Shown in pieces: positions 1 to 9,380 of a DNA stretch of 64,000 nt. The notes under the pieces were generated by a model that was not told where the DNA came from, made no database searches, and saw only the letters and a list, made by a program, of their open reading frames with translations. Origin of the DNA: a virus; the IMG/VR virus record IMGVR_UViG_3300037189_023236; one strand, 5' to 3'. The first letter of the stretch is position 1; every line of letters starts with the position of its first letter. A program made the translations under genes and the position numbers.

Positions 1-174
1 GAACTTTGGCGTTTCGCTCGGCTCCGGAATCTTTTGAATGTAGATATCGCCTTGCCGGACTGCGTCACCAATACTGGCAGCGTCGGGAAACCGCTGCTCT
101 GCGTCGTTCTTGACGCGTTCTACTGCTTCGTCAACTCGGGCAACCGCCTTATCGATCGTTAACAACGTACTCAT
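1..174 (-). CDS. Partial conserved phage protein with RQGD motif (usual partner of DUF6745 genes); runs off the window edge
   Basis: Manual translation gives MSTLLTIDKAVARVDEAVERVKNDAEQRFPDAASIGDAVRQGDIYIQKIP...; AGGAG lies 6 nt upstream of the ATG; not in the ORF track. Confidence 0.7.
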   Translation of the reverse strand, partial: MSTLLTIDKAVARVDEAVERVKNDAEQRFPDAASIGDAVRQGDIYIQKIPEPSETPKF

Positions 175-189
175 GGAAAACTCCTAAAG

Positions 190-1563
190 TCAGGATGCAC
201 CGACAACATTGATGGGATATTTAGCGTACGGCAAATAAGCCGTTGTAGCGCCATCTGCAAGCCACTTCTGCGCTTGTTCGCAGTTTGTGATTGCCTGATC
301 GGGAAATTCTTTCAACTCGTTTTCATTTGCGGCCAAGCCATTCAGTGCCGGACTATCGGGATGCCTGACAGTTCTTGGAACTGCGATAAAGTATTTTCTG
401 CCGGTTGAGCGGCAAGACAATACCATGCGCAGCGGTTCAGACGGACCCCACGCCGGCCGCCCTGGACGATCGGGCGGATCGATCAACACCTCGAACGTGT
501 TATCGACCCAGTTTTCGCGGCTGTCTGCGATTTTGGCGTTAATAGCTGTCAGATAATTATGCCAGCCCATCCGGTCAATGGCTACTCGGCGCTCTTCTTC
601 ATTATCGATATTGAAGATCATTTCTTTCGTCAGCGTCGTGGGCGCCATTACGATTTGCTCGCCGTACTGCGATAGATAATGCCCATCGACATACCACAGC
701 TTTTTGCCGTCAGGCCAAACAACTGCCGGACCCGTGTCATTATGCAGCTGCTCATCTGCAGTCACCTGAAACACCGGCCGATCGGTTAGCAGCAAATAAG
801 CGCTATCAAACTGCATAAATGCGGGCACGTGGTGAAAAATTTCGTAAGGCCAGATTGACTGCGGATCTTTGCAGCCGATGGCTTTGCAAATAATCTCTGC
901 CTGCACTGCGTCAAACTTGTGCCGGTTAGGAATATGGAGCCCGAGCATTATGTCATCGATAAAACCAGACACGGCCTCATGCAGTGAAAAATACGACATA
1001 TCCACGTGAGCTTGCGCGCTCAGAAAATTTAGCCGCCAATCGCGCGTTTGGCATTCAGCTCGCTCGTCAGCCGGCGCATTATTTTTCGGCACTGGGAGCA
1101 TAAAGCGGTACAGCGCGTGTAAATCTTGCAAACTAACCATTATGCGCGGCCCGGAATACGCCAACCACGGCCGCGGAGGTTCAGCGGTTGCCATGTTATG
1201 AAAATGCCGCTGAATTACAGCTAGCATCGTATTAGTGGTTGATTCAGGGCTGGCCCATCGGCACGCGCGATTTGTAAGTTGTATTGGGCGGCCTATGCGC
1301 GTAAGCGGTTTGATAAACGCTGTATCTATTCCTAATTCCGTAGCCAACTCCGTCGCCGCCTTTTTCGAAACGCGCCCGCGAAGCACCGCCTGCGCGATGT
1401 AAAACTCGAGCGGCGAGCGCGCTTCAAAAAATCGCAAGTCTTGGGGGAAAGCGGCCTGCAGCAGCGTTTTTGCCCGAGCTACGTTTGGCGGCGCCGTGCT
1501 TGTAATTGTTTCACGCCACCGGTGTGTAGTTTCTTCGATGATCCGTGTAAATCGCTTGCTCAT
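190..1563 (-). CDS. DUF6745-domain protein
   Basis: LHNDTGPAVVWPDG..LWYVDG, I.NEEERRVAI.RMGW and CRSTGRKYFIAVP motifs. Confidence 0.75.
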   Translation of the reverse strand: MSKRFTRIIEETTHRWRETITSTAPPNVARAKTLLQAAFPQDLRFFEARSPLEFYIAQAVLRGRVSKKAATELATELGIDTAFIKPLTRIGRPIQLTNRACRWASPESTTNTMLAVIQRHFHNMATAEPPRPWLAYSGPRIMVSLQDLHALYRFMLPVPKNNAPADERAECQTRDWRLNFLSAQAHVDMSYFSLHEAVSGFIDDIMLGLHIPNRHKFDAVQAEIICKAIGCKDPQSIWPYEIFHHVPAFMQFDSAYLLLTDRPVFQVTADEQLHNDTGPAVVWPDGKKLWYVDGHYLSQYGEQIVMAPTTLTKEMIFNIDNEEERRVAIDRMGWHNYLTAINAKIADSRENWVDNTFEVLIDPPDRPGRPAWGPSEPLRMVLSCRSTGRKYFIAVPRTVRHPDSPALNGLAANENELKEFPDQAITNCEQAQKWLADGATTAYLPYAKYPINVVGAS

Positions 1564-1594
1564 CCTAAGTAACCTTTCTTAAATGGGTAACTGC

Positions 1595-1990
1595 TCAGTA
1601 TTCGCTCGGCAGCAGAATCGTGTAATGGATTCCGTCGCCAGAAGGCATGCAATACAGCTTTAGCTCATTTAGATCGAAATCCGTGTAGTCGATTTCCTGC
1701 TCAACGACAGGCGGCAATCCACTGTCTTCAACGCACACAAGGCGCGCTGTTTTGTCAGGGTTTACCGAAAGCGTCCAGAATTGTGCATCCTGCAGTCGCG
1801 GGTTTTTCAGTAATTCAGGCTGGTGCGCCGCAATTGCGTCCATAAGCCAGAATGCACCGTGTGCTCCGCCGTGCTCTGCTACGTATTGCGCGCCATCTGT
1901 TAAAAGCATTTTGGGAAACATCGGCGACCAGCGACGCCAGGTCTCGGTTCCTGTGAACTGCGATAGTTCGTGAGTTTTAATGGGCATCAA
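1595..1990 (-). CDS. DUF6876-family protein
   Basis: FTGTETW..LLTDGAQYVAE..GAFWLMDAIA..QFWTL..QEIDYTDF. Confidence 0.75.
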   Translation of the reverse strand: MMPIKTHELSQFTGTETWRRWSPMFPKMLLTDGAQYVAEHGGAHGAFWLMDAIAAHQPELLKNPRLQDAQFWTLSVNPDKTARLVCVEDSGLPPVVEQEIDYTDFDLNELKLYCMPSGDGIHYTILLPSEY

Positions 1991-2053
1991 TTATCCTTTA
2001 TTCTGCTTTACTTCGCTTTTGATTTTGTCTTCGCTTTAGCCATCGGCAGCTCC

Positions 2054-2335
2054 TCACGTGGTTACAGGTTGAATCACTTCGGCGTTGTCGTCTAGCGCAA
2101 CTTTTGTCAAATTCATTTTGCGCGCTGTCCAGCCAATAAAATGCTGTTGAATGTGTGCTGTTAATTCTTCTTTGGTAGCGGTTAGATCTGTCACGCGTAA
2201 CGCCGGATAGTTCTCGGGGTGCCAGGAAATGTCTTTCCACTCATTCGTGCCTGGAATTGTTAGATACGCCTGAAATCCGCCGGCGTCGTTTACTAGTAGT
2301 ACGCCGCCGCGCTCTGTCAGTGAGTTTGCGCCCAT
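2054..2335 (-). CDS. Hypothetical protein (start reassigned to MGANSL)
   Basis: GGAG upstream of ATG at 2335; fits between neighbouring genes. Confidence 0.6.
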   Translation of the reverse strand: MGANSLTERGGVLLVNDAGGFQAYLTIPGTNEWKDISWHPENYPALRVTDLTATKEELTAHIQQHFIGWTARKMNLTKVALDDNAEVIQPVTT

Positions 2336-2349
2336 ACAATCTCCATAGG

Positions 2350-2802
2350 TTAAACAGGCCACACATACGGCAAGTCGTCTGGCTCGTCCCATCCAAAAAC
2401 ACTGTAATACTTCTTATCTTTGCGCAGTAAATTGCTTCTGTGACTTGCGTGAAATGCGTCGTCGCCAATCCACAACGGTTTTTTTGCCGGCGCTAGCGTA
2501 CTGCCCGCGGCCAGTCGAGCGTATACATCAATAAATTCGTGGCTCAGCGTGTCGTTAAATCTGCGCCGACGCCATTCGGCACACATACACGCGCCGTATA
2601 CGACTAGCGACAGCTCGTACCCGCGCCACATGCGCACGGCCGGGTGATTGAGCCAACCGCGCTTACCGGGCTTGTGGGGGCCTACAGCAACGCCTAGAGC
2701 CAGCAAGATCTGCTTGCACTCTAGGCGCTGTTTACCGAGGCGTTTATTGTCTAGATATTTTGCGGATTTTGCGTAGTCTGGATCAGGCAAAAACGTTTGC
2801 AC
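2350..2802 (-). CDS. MSMEG_6728-family / pyrimidine-dimer glycosylase (endonuclease V-like) superfamily protein
   Basis: MQTFLP..SA..LD.KRLGKQR.E..QIL, W.NHPAVRMWRGYE and ASHRSNLLRKD. Confidence 0.8.
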   Translation of the reverse strand: MQTFLPDPDYAKSAKYLDNKRLGKQRLECKQILLALGVAVGPHKPGKRGWLNHPAVRMWRGYELSLVVYGACMCAEWRRRRFNDTLSHEFIDVYARLAAGSTLAPAKKPLWIGDDAFHASHRSNLLRKDKKYYSVFGWDEPDDLPYVWPV

Positions 2803-2803
2803 G

Positions 2804-3238
2804 TCAATCCCTGTTCTCCATCTCGTGCCGGCACTTGTAGCAGATCAGCCCTTCCGCTGCTCCGCTAAGATCAGATACGGGGTACATGTCTCCGCAGTAG
2901 TGACACTGGTGCGTCAGACTCCCCTCTTCGATTAGCTGCCGCTCGTCTGCCATGTCGTAGGCCGCTTCTTGCGGCTTTTCATTTGCCATTTCGGCTCTGA
3001 GCGCGGCGACAGCCCGGCCCCCCGCCTCAAACGCCTCAACAGCTGTTTTTTCTTTTTTCGTTTCCATTAGCTCCACAAATTCATTGAATTCGCGTTCGTC
3101 CTCTCGGATAATGCGTTTGAATGCTTTTCTTAGATCTGCGTGAAACTCAGGCCGCGTGTGCGACTTTAACGCTACCCACAGCTCGTGCAGATTCTCTTTG
3201 AAATGTCTAAATTGGCGCTTAGTTAGTCTTTTGCTCAT
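2804..3238 (-). CDS. Hypothetical protein with C-terminal CxxC..CxxC zinc finger
   Basis: CHYC..CYKC; translationally coupled to neighbours. Confidence 0.6.
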   Translation of the reverse strand: MSKRLTKRQFRHFKENLHELWVALKSHTRPEFHADLRKAFKRIIREDEREFNEFVELMETKKEKTAVEAFEAGGRAVAALRAEMANEKPQEAAYDMADERQLIEEGSLTHQCHYCGDMYPVSDLSGAAEGLICYKCRHEMENRD

Positions 3239-4167
3239 CTGTAAAACTCCTTTCTGTATTGTTGAATCGCAGTCGCTAGCGGCGTGACCGGGGCGTGATA
3301 TCCCGCGGCCCGTAATTTTGATAAATCGGCTTGCGTGAATTTCTGATACGCACCTTCGAGCTCCGTCGGCATCGGAATAAGCTCGAGCTTTACGCCGACG
3401 TAGTTTTCGCGAAGCAGAGTGGCAAGCGCCATAAAGCTGACGGCCGCTCCCGTGCCGATGTTGTAGATACCGCTTATCCGGTTATCAAACAGGTAGAGCG
3501 ACATAGCTACCGCATCGTCTACGTAAATGAAGTCGCGCTTGATGTCTTCGCTGCCTTCAAATAAGTAAATGGTTTCATTGAGGTCTATAGCTTTAAAGCA
3601 TTTGCACACAAAGCTCGCCATTTCGCCCTTGTGGTTTTCGCCGGGGCCGTACACATTGAAATAGCGCAGACCGGTCACGGGCACGGTAACTTTGCGGCAC
3701 TCCAGCTGCCGGCGCACGTATTGGTCAAAAGCCCACTTAGAAAACGCATACGGTGATTTAGGCTTTTCGCATTCTGGCTCTTCGGTAAACCCGTTTTTGC
3801 CGTCGCCATACACGCTTGCTGAGCTGGCATATACGAACGGGGCTTCAAAACGTTTGGCTACTTCCAGCATTCGTTTTGAGAACGCGTAATTCTGTTCCAT
3901 GAGAATCTTGCCGTTCGTAAACATCGTGTCAGATATAGCGCCAAGATGCACGACGCCATCGATGTCTACGTTGCAACCACCGGGCTCATTTTTGTCGATA
4001 ATTTCGCGCCAATCGTAGTAATCGGCAAACTGTAGCCCGACCAGATTCATAGCCTTGCGGCCGTCCATGAGGTCGTCTACGACCAATATGTCAGATCTGC
4101 CGCGCGCGTTCAGTTCGGCTATGACGTTTGACCCAATAAAACCAGCACCGCCTGTGACGAGCAGCAT
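3235..4167 (-). CDS. hldD: ADP-L-glycero-D-manno-heptose 6-epimerase
   Basis: VTGGAGFIGSN, VDDL.DG.K..NL, HLGAISDT, YASSASVYG, YAFSK, GLRYFNVYGPGE.HKG.MAS, RDFIYVDD, YQKFTQADLSKLRAAGY. Confidence 0.9.
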   Translation of the reverse strand: MLLVTGGAGFIGSNVIAELNARGRSDILVVDDLMDGRKAMNLVGLQFADYYDWREIIDKNEPGGCNVDIDGVVHLGAISDTMFTNGKILMEQNYAFSKRMLEVAKRFEAPFVYASSASVYGDGKNGFTEEPECEKPKSPYAFSKWAFDQYVRRQLECRKVTVPVTGLRYFNVYGPGENHKGEMASFVCKCFKAIDLNETIYLFEGSEDIKRDFIYVDDAVAMSLYLFDNRISGIYNIGTGAAVSFMALATLLRENYVGVKLELIPMPTELEGAYQKFTQADLSKLRAAGYHAPVTPLATAIQQYRKEFYR

Positions 4168-4179
4168 CCTGCGTTTCTC

Positions 4180-4632
4180 CTATTCGCGAGTTCGCGTGAC
4201 TATGCCGGCCAAAGCGTCGATGGGCGCAACGGTCTGTCTTTGCGCTACAGTAAACATCTTTGATCTAGCCGGTCGGTTTACATCTTCTTGCGGCGTTTCG
4301 TTGCGCAGATTTGCGAGCATTTCTTCAGTTTCTTCTAGACACAAGAAGCCGATGTGCAGGACAGCAGTGACTGTACCTTGCTCGTCGTCTTCGCAACCGC
4401 CTGGACCGGGCAATAACGCTAGATCTAGCAATTTGCTTTTGAGCCAAACAAGCGGTCCGGCGGCGGTCACCAGATAGTCTGTTTTCAAGCTTGCTTTTAC
4501 GCGTTTATCGTGCGTCTTTATGTACGCCGTATAAATGACTGCCGCGCACTCTAGTGAGATATCTACGTCCCACCACTCTCTAACTACGTCCTGAACTCCA
4601 AGCGGACTGCGCATTTGTTCGTATACCCGCAT
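4180..4632 (-). CDS. Hypothetical protein
   Basis: GGAGG RBS; co-directional packing. Confidence 0.6.
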   Translation of the reverse strand: MRVYEQMRSPLGVQDVVREWWDVDISLECAAVIYTAYIKTHDKRVKASLKTDYLVTAAGPLVWLKSKLLDLALLPGPGGCEDDEQGTVTAVLHIGFLCLEETEEMLANLRNETPQEDVNRPARSKMFTVAQRQTVAPIDALAGIVTRTRE

Positions 4633-4646
4633 GGTCGCCTCCTGCG

Positions 4647-5090
4647 TTAGTCGTTGTCCTCGTCTTCTTCTTCGTCCATGTTTTCTGTGATTTTCTCCAG
4701 CTCGGCCTCTGTCGGCTTTCGCAGAGCTGGTGTATACGCGCCTAATTTAAATCGCGCAATCGCCGTCTGGTTCATAATGCACCGAAGCCTGTTCAAACTG
4801 TCATGCAGGCGCGCCAGCCACATCATGAACATATCGCGTTCTTCGGCGGGAAAAACGTCATCAATATCATCATCATCGTCATCCGCGGCAACTTCTTCGC
4901 CGGCGTTTACTTCAGCCGCGCAAATCCTGGCGTGCGCGGCAGCTAACGCGCCGCATCGCATAAAACGGTCAATATCGCGCGGCATGTCATTTAACCATTC
5001 GGCTAATTTATTCATGTCGCGTGCCGTGGCTTTGTAATCAATTTCGTTGTCGTCGTCTTCGTACTCGTCGTCGTAAAAAGTCATGAGCAC
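4647..5090 (-). CDS. Hypothetical acidic protein
   Basis: ORF with AAGGA RBS and D/E-rich patches. Confidence 0.6.
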   Translation of the reverse strand: MLMTFYDDEYEDDDNEIDYKATARDMNKLAEWLNDMPRDIDRFMRCGALAAAHARICAAEVNAGEEVAADDDDDDIDDVFPAEERDMFMMWLARLHDSLNRLRCIMNQTAIARFKLGAYTPALRKPTEAELEKITENMDEEEDEDND

Positions 5091-5108
5091 TTTCCTTAGT
5101 TAAAGACA

Positions 5109-5143
5109 GCCCGGGCGGCAGCAATAGTTACTACCGCCCGGGC
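5109..5143 (-). terminator. GC-rich hairpin, probable intrinsic terminator
   Basis: GCCCGGGCGG/CCGCCCGGGC stem followed on the minus strand by TGTCTTT. Confidence 0.55.
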
Positions 5144-5166
5144 CAAATCCGTTGCGTAATTTGCGA

Positions 5167-6204
5167 TTATCGCGTCATGCCTTTTTTACGCTGACCCTTT
5201 TTGCACTTCAGCGTTTCTTCTTCGATCAAGTAATCGTCCATATCAACGCTGGGGCCGTTTTGCCAGTTGGCCTTGCGACCCCCCGGACCGACAAACCGCT
5301 CAACGCAACCCAAGAGCTTGGCAAGCCGCGTCAAGCGATGGCCCGCGCCACCGCCGCCCTTCTTCGCCATGATCTTGGTGACCTCGTACACGGCGTCGTG
5401 TTGCTTGCCGTTTTTAACGCCTGCATCGTTTTGGTGCAGTCGAAAGAAATCGACAACGTCAGACACGTGCTTTTTGAGCTCCGTGTATTTGAAGTGCGCC
5501 AGCATAAACGCGGCAGTTGGCGGACCAGAGAACCGAGCATACGTTGGGTCGATGCTGTCGAGAGCCCGAAGCTGTTCTTGAAAGAACTGCACGCAGGTTG
5601 CAACAGATGCCCTACGAAGATTTGCCGGCGCGCCTGGAATCTCGTAGAGCTTGCCAACTTCCCACAGCGCCTCCTTCATCGCCGCAACGATGCCCTTGCA
5701 CCCGCGGAAGAACGGAGACTTGTATTCGATATCAAACTGCTTGAACGCGCTGAATAGCTGATCAGCCGCGTCCTTTACCTGGCCGCTGTTGTCGAAGGTG
5801 TAGTACTCTTCGATAACGGCGTTTTCGTCTTTTACGTAGTGAACAACTACGTTTACATAATCAGGTACAGTTTCGGTGAGGCCATTGGCCCAGCCGTACG
5901 ACCTAGTGTGCCCGTCGAGCTTATACATGAACCCAGCCGCCGTCACCGCCATGTGGACGGTGTAATGAGCCTCACGTAGTTTCGTGAGGTATGATTTGGC
6001 TTTACGCCAGTGCCGTTCCGTATCGCGCTGTACGGGCGCATCCAGCACGGCAAGCCATTTTGCCAGCGGCATCTTCAACGTCGCCGGCTTCCCGACTTGG
6101 GCGGCGCTGCTAATTTGCTTTTGCTTTTTCACCGCAGTTATCGCTGCTTTTTTTGCAGCGCGCGTTTCCATTCCGCTAGTTTGCGGACGTTCCTTGCGAG
6201 ACAT
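5167..6204 (-). CDS. Protein with ParB/Srx (DGQHR-like) N-terminal motif
   Basis: PVQRDTERH and YKLDGHTR motifs; basic N-terminus. Confidence 0.5.
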   Translation of the reverse strand: MSRKERPQTSGMETRAAKKAAITAVKKQKQISSAAQVGKPATLKMPLAKWLAVLDAPVQRDTERHWRKAKSYLTKLREAHYTVHMAVTAAGFMYKLDGHTRSYGWANGLTETVPDYVNVVVHYVKDENAVIEEYYTFDNSGQVKDAADQLFSAFKQFDIEYKSPFFRGCKGIVAAMKEALWEVGKLYEIPGAPANLRRASVATCVQFFQEQLRALDSIDPTYARFSGPPTAAFMLAHFKYTELKKHVSDVVDFFRLHQNDAGVKNGKQHDAVYEVTKIMAKKGGGGAGHRLTRLAKLLGCVERFVGPGGRKANWQNGPSVDMDDYLIEEETLKCKKGQRKKGMTR

Positions 6205-6227
6205 ACTTACCCCTTCTGTTTCGAGGA

Positions 6228-6563
6228 TTAGTTACTAGAAAAATCAACCGGCGACTTCGATCTCTCTGCCTTTGCCGACACTTCGGCTTCGGGCAGCAAC
6301 TCGAACATACCCATTTCAACGTCCACAAAGACGTCGTTATACGGCCCGAACAACGACTGTCCAGTCATAATTCGGCACCGCATATGGGGTTCAACTAGCT
6401 GCCCTGCCGCATGTTCGTGCGGCAGGCAAAGCGTAATTGGAAAATTAACGTCGTCAGGCAGGGCGTCAATAAAATCCTGCCGAACAGCGCGGTTGTAGTT
6501 CTTCACAATTGCGCGTTTGTTAATTTTGTCCAGCATTTCTTTGTTGCAGTACTTGATCTTCAT
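6228..6563 (-). CDS. Hypothetical protein (start reassigned to MKIKYC)
   Basis: GAGG RBS; avoids overlap with 6571-6945. Confidence 0.65.
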   Translation of the reverse strand: MKIKYCNKEMLDKINKRAIVKNYNRAVRQDFIDALPDDVNFPITLCLPHEHAAGQLVEPHMRCRIMTGQSLFGPYNDVFVDVEMGMFELLPEAEVSAKAERSKSPVDFSSN

Positions 6564-6570
6564 GTGACCT

Positions 6571-6945
6571 CTAGTAGTAACGAACGCACGCGTACCAGCC
6601 ATTTTGTCCGCGGGCCACGCCGATATCCCTCGGCTTGCGCTGGCCCCAGAAGCAGCACCGACGGATTGCGTCGTCGGCGCTTGCGGAGCTGTAACCAACG
6701 CCCTCATAGCCCGAATTTCCGCCAAAATGCCGACACGAGTTTGACCGTGCCTGCAGTTCAGCAACTCCTTGTGCAGAATTTGTATCTGCCGTTCCGCGCG
6801 TCGGCTCGTACGACATATACGCTTCTACCGGCTGCTTTACCGCCGGCGCGGGTCGCGAATACGTGTGGTTACGCCGCGGCCAAGCAAAAGCCGGCGACGC
6901 ACAGAGCAGCATAGCGATCAGAGCAGAAAAAACAACCTTGCACAT
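6571..6945 (-). CDS. Secreted small protein with minimal CAP/SCP-like domain, planctomycete-type
   Basis: Signal peptide ending SPAFA; H.GG..GYEGVG..CC.W..IGVARG.NGWYACVRY. Confidence 0.6.
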   Translation of the reverse strand: MCKVVFSALIAMLLCASPAFAWPRRNHTYSRPAPAVKQPVEAYMSYEPTRGTADTNSAQGVAELQARSNSCRHFGGNSGYEGVGYSSASADDAIRRCCFWGQRKPRDIGVARGQNGWYACVRYY

Positions 6946-6976
6946 GAGAACCTCCGTGAGAAAAAACCATCCGTGA

Positions 6977-7345
6977 CTACCGACGTTTTGCCGGTTTGCT
7001 TTCTAATTCTTTTGCGAGATCTTTACCTCGCCCGAGCATCCACGATTCTGGCTCAATTTTGCGTAGCCAGTCGGCGACAGTCGGAATATGCCCGAGATCT
7101 TCTTGCACATGCTGTTCGCCGATGTACCGCACCGGGACAACGCGACCATCAGAGTTTGTGATCGTGACGCCAAACACGCGCTCAGCCTCGAATATGCCTT
7201 CAGAGTGATGCCGGAGCGCGCGATGTCGGAAATCGGCCATATGGGCTTTGGACGCGTCAAACCAGTTGTGGATGGGCTGGTAATCATCGACGCATCCGCC
7301 CCACTTTTTTACAGAAGAGAGCGCGTGATGATATGGGTGCGCCAT
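6977..7345 (-). CDS. DUF6915-family protein
   Basis: HP..HA.SS.KKWGG, HNWFD.SK, HRALRHHSEGIF and IGEQHV.EDLG. Confidence 0.85.
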   Translation of the reverse strand: MAHPYHHALSSVKKWGGCVDDYQPIHNWFDASKAHMADFRHRALRHHSEGIFEAERVFGVTITNSDGRVVPVRYIGEQHVQEDLGHIPTVADWLRKIEPESWMLGRGKDLAKELESKPAKRR

Positions 7346-7351
7346 ACCGCA

Positions 7352-7867
7352 CTACAGATCAAATGTCTTTTTATGCGAGTCGTACTCAATTAGGCGCTCG
7401 TTATGTTCGCGCTCTAGTTTGTTTGTATTGAGCGTAAGCGTCAGCGTGCCCATGCTGCCCTCATTGATTTCGAAGCCGCTAGGTATAAACTCCCAAAACA
7501 GCTGCTCTATTTTTTCTCTCCAGTTTTTAACGCTTTTTGGCCACGGCATGTAATTGCCATTTACATCGGATGCAAACACATTGTCCATGTCGCCCGAATC
7601 GCCTTCGCCGTTATATGACGCGTGCACTTTGTAAATACCAGCGCCAAACAACTCCGGACAAATTGCGGCCAAAGCTTTCTTCGCAGCTTCACGCGAGGCC
7701 TTTGAATCTCTTCCTGGGTCGCGCCGGAGCTTTTCAAATAACTCAAATACGGCTGTAAATGTGTCAGTTACAAGCACGCGGGCTGTAGTTCCGCCGGGTG
7801 CGCACTTCACAACTGTGATTTTTGTTGGTTTTGTTCGCGTTGCTTTTTTTGCGGTTTTCTTAGGCAT
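7352..7867 (-). CDS. DUF6878-family protein
   Basis: Y.G.GDSG and GFEINEG..G motifs; adjacent to DUF6915 gene. Confidence 0.7.
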   Translation of the reverse strand: MPKKTAKKATRTKPTKITVVKCAPGGTTARVLVTDTFTAVFELFEKLRRDPGRDSKASREAAKKALAAICPELFGAGIYKVHASYNGEGDSGDMDNVFASDVNGNYMPWPKSVKNWREKIEQLFWEFIPSGFEINEGSMGTLTLTLNTNKLEREHNERLIEYDSHKKTFDL

Positions 7868-7882
7868 GGATTGTGGTTTCCT

Positions 7883-8425
7883 TTAATAAGACGCGTAAAC
7901 TTTACACGGCCTTCCGAGCTCTTTTTCTTTACGTTCCGCCAGCTCGACAAAATCGCGAAACGATTGAATTACAGCTTCGACGTGTTCAGCGCCAGCTTCC
8001 GGATAAACGCGTTGGTACTGTTCACGTACCGCTTCTTCTACGCTCATGTCGGGCGTCACGCGATCCGGCATAATAATGGCATCGCGGTTTTCATTAATAA
8101 TGCGTTCAAAATCTTCTGGACCTGCAATTTTGTGATCATGCACTGCTTGCGCCATGAACATTGCGATCGCGTGTCCGCCGTTACAGCCTGTAGCCGCCTG
8201 CGACTTTTCTGTTAGTCGGGCGCGCATTTTGGCCGCAGGAATTCTCGCAATACAAGTCCGCGATTCGAACGCTTCTCGTACAAGAATTTGAGTGGCGTAC
8301 GGCCCGCCGCGGTACGACTCGCGTAGATAACCTAAATGCCCGTCTGTTGTAGAAAACATTTCAATTTTGTCGTCTTTCGGCCTGTTCTCCATCCCGTCCC
8401 ATTTCAGAAAAATGTCGATTCCCAC
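7883..8425 (-). CDS. Conserved hypothetical protein
   Basis: MGIDIFL.W, GYLRESY.GGPYAT and C.VYASY motifs. Confidence 0.65.
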   Translation of the reverse strand: MGIDIFLKWDGMENRPKDDKIEMFSTTDGHLGYLRESYRGGPYATQILVREAFESRTCIARIPAAKMRARLTEKSQAATGCNGGHAIAMFMAQAVHDHKIAGPEDFERIINENRDAIIMPDRVTPDMSVEEAVREQYQRVYPEAGAEHVEAVIQSFRDFVELAERKEKELGRPCKVYASY

Positions 8426-8440
8426 GGCGCACCTGGTGTT

Positions 8441-8481
8441 AAAGTGAAAATAGGGGCGCCGAATACGATATTCGGCGCCCC
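8441..8481 (-). terminator. Intrinsic terminator
   Basis: 13-bp stem GGGGCGCCGAATA/TATTCGGCGCCCC followed by TATTTTCACTTT on the minus strand. Confidence 0.7.
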
Positions 8482-8512
8482 AAACAGCATTAGACGGCGT
8501 TACGCCGCGATA

Positions 8513-8827
8513 TCAGCGGACAGGCCGGAGCACTGTCCGGCTGTTCTTCCGCACCACCGTGCCGCCAAAAAGACGGTTACGGCACGACTCCGAATTTCGC
8601 TCTTCCACGCTGTAGAGCCGCGTACCGCACTGCCCGTTTGCGCAGGCACTGCGATGACACCGCCCGCCGTAGCACGGAGCCGTCTCGACGATAACCGCCG
8701 GAGTTGTGGTAGCCGCAACAACCTGCGGCTGCACCAGCACACTCTGCGTACCATCAGCCGCAATTTCTCCGCCAAACGTAGTGGCAGCAATCAGAGACAC
8801 AACCGCGAACGTGAAACACGTCTTCAT
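8513..8827 (-). CDS. Small secreted Cys-containing protein, planctomycete-type
   Basis: Signal peptide MKTCFTFAVVSLIAATTFG; CYGGRC and CANGQC motifs; C-terminal RNRLFGG. Confidence 0.6.
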   Translation of the reverse strand: MKTCFTFAVVSLIAATTFGGEIAADGTQSVLVQPQVVAATTTPAVIVETAPCYGGRCHRSACANGQCGTRLYSVEERNSESCRNRLFGGTVVRKNSRTVLRPVR

Positions 8828-8895
8828 GAGTAAGCCCTCAAAACTACGAAACAAACGCAAACACTTCCGTATGATTGCGTAACCTAACCATTGCG

Positions 8896-9288
8896 CTAAC
8901 TATTTTTCTGCTGAATGAACGCTGTGCAGAATTCGAAAGTACCGCGCAGTTCTTCATCGTAAGCTGGTCGCCCCCACTCGCGCTTATACACGCGCTCTAT
9001 CTTTTGGCGGGCAACTTCAAGTGATTGCTTATGAATTAGATCCAGCGCGTTAGGCTCGACTGGCTCTCCTAGAAAAGCTGCTCGAGCTGCATTCTTATAC
9101 TCTGCATCAGTGAATCGATCAAGCATCGTACTGACAACTTTGTCGAGAATGTCGGCAGTCTCGTCGCCGTTGTAGTGATTTTCTGCAGAATGCATCCCGG
9201 GGATGTGATTCTCCAGCACAGCGCCGTCAGCGCCGCGAGATGTCCAATCTACCTGTCCGGACGGACCGTCAATACGCCACCAACCCAT
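8896..9288 (-). CDS. Hypothetical protein
   Basis: MGWW start, NGDE.AD and Y.REWGRP motifs; GAGG RBS. Confidence 0.65.
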   Translation of the reverse strand: MGWWRIDGPSGQVDWTSRGADGAVLENHIPGMHSAENHYNGDETADILDKVVSTMLDRFTDAEYKNAARAAFLGEPVEPNALDLIHKQSLEVARQKIERVYKREWGRPAYDEELRGTFEFCTAFIQQKNS

Positions 9289-9380
9289 GGTAACCTCAAC
9301 TGTAAAGTGTGTAACTAGTTGCCGTCATTTGCCCAGCTACCCAGGAGTCTCCAAACTCCTGGGTAGCTTTTGTACTTAGT

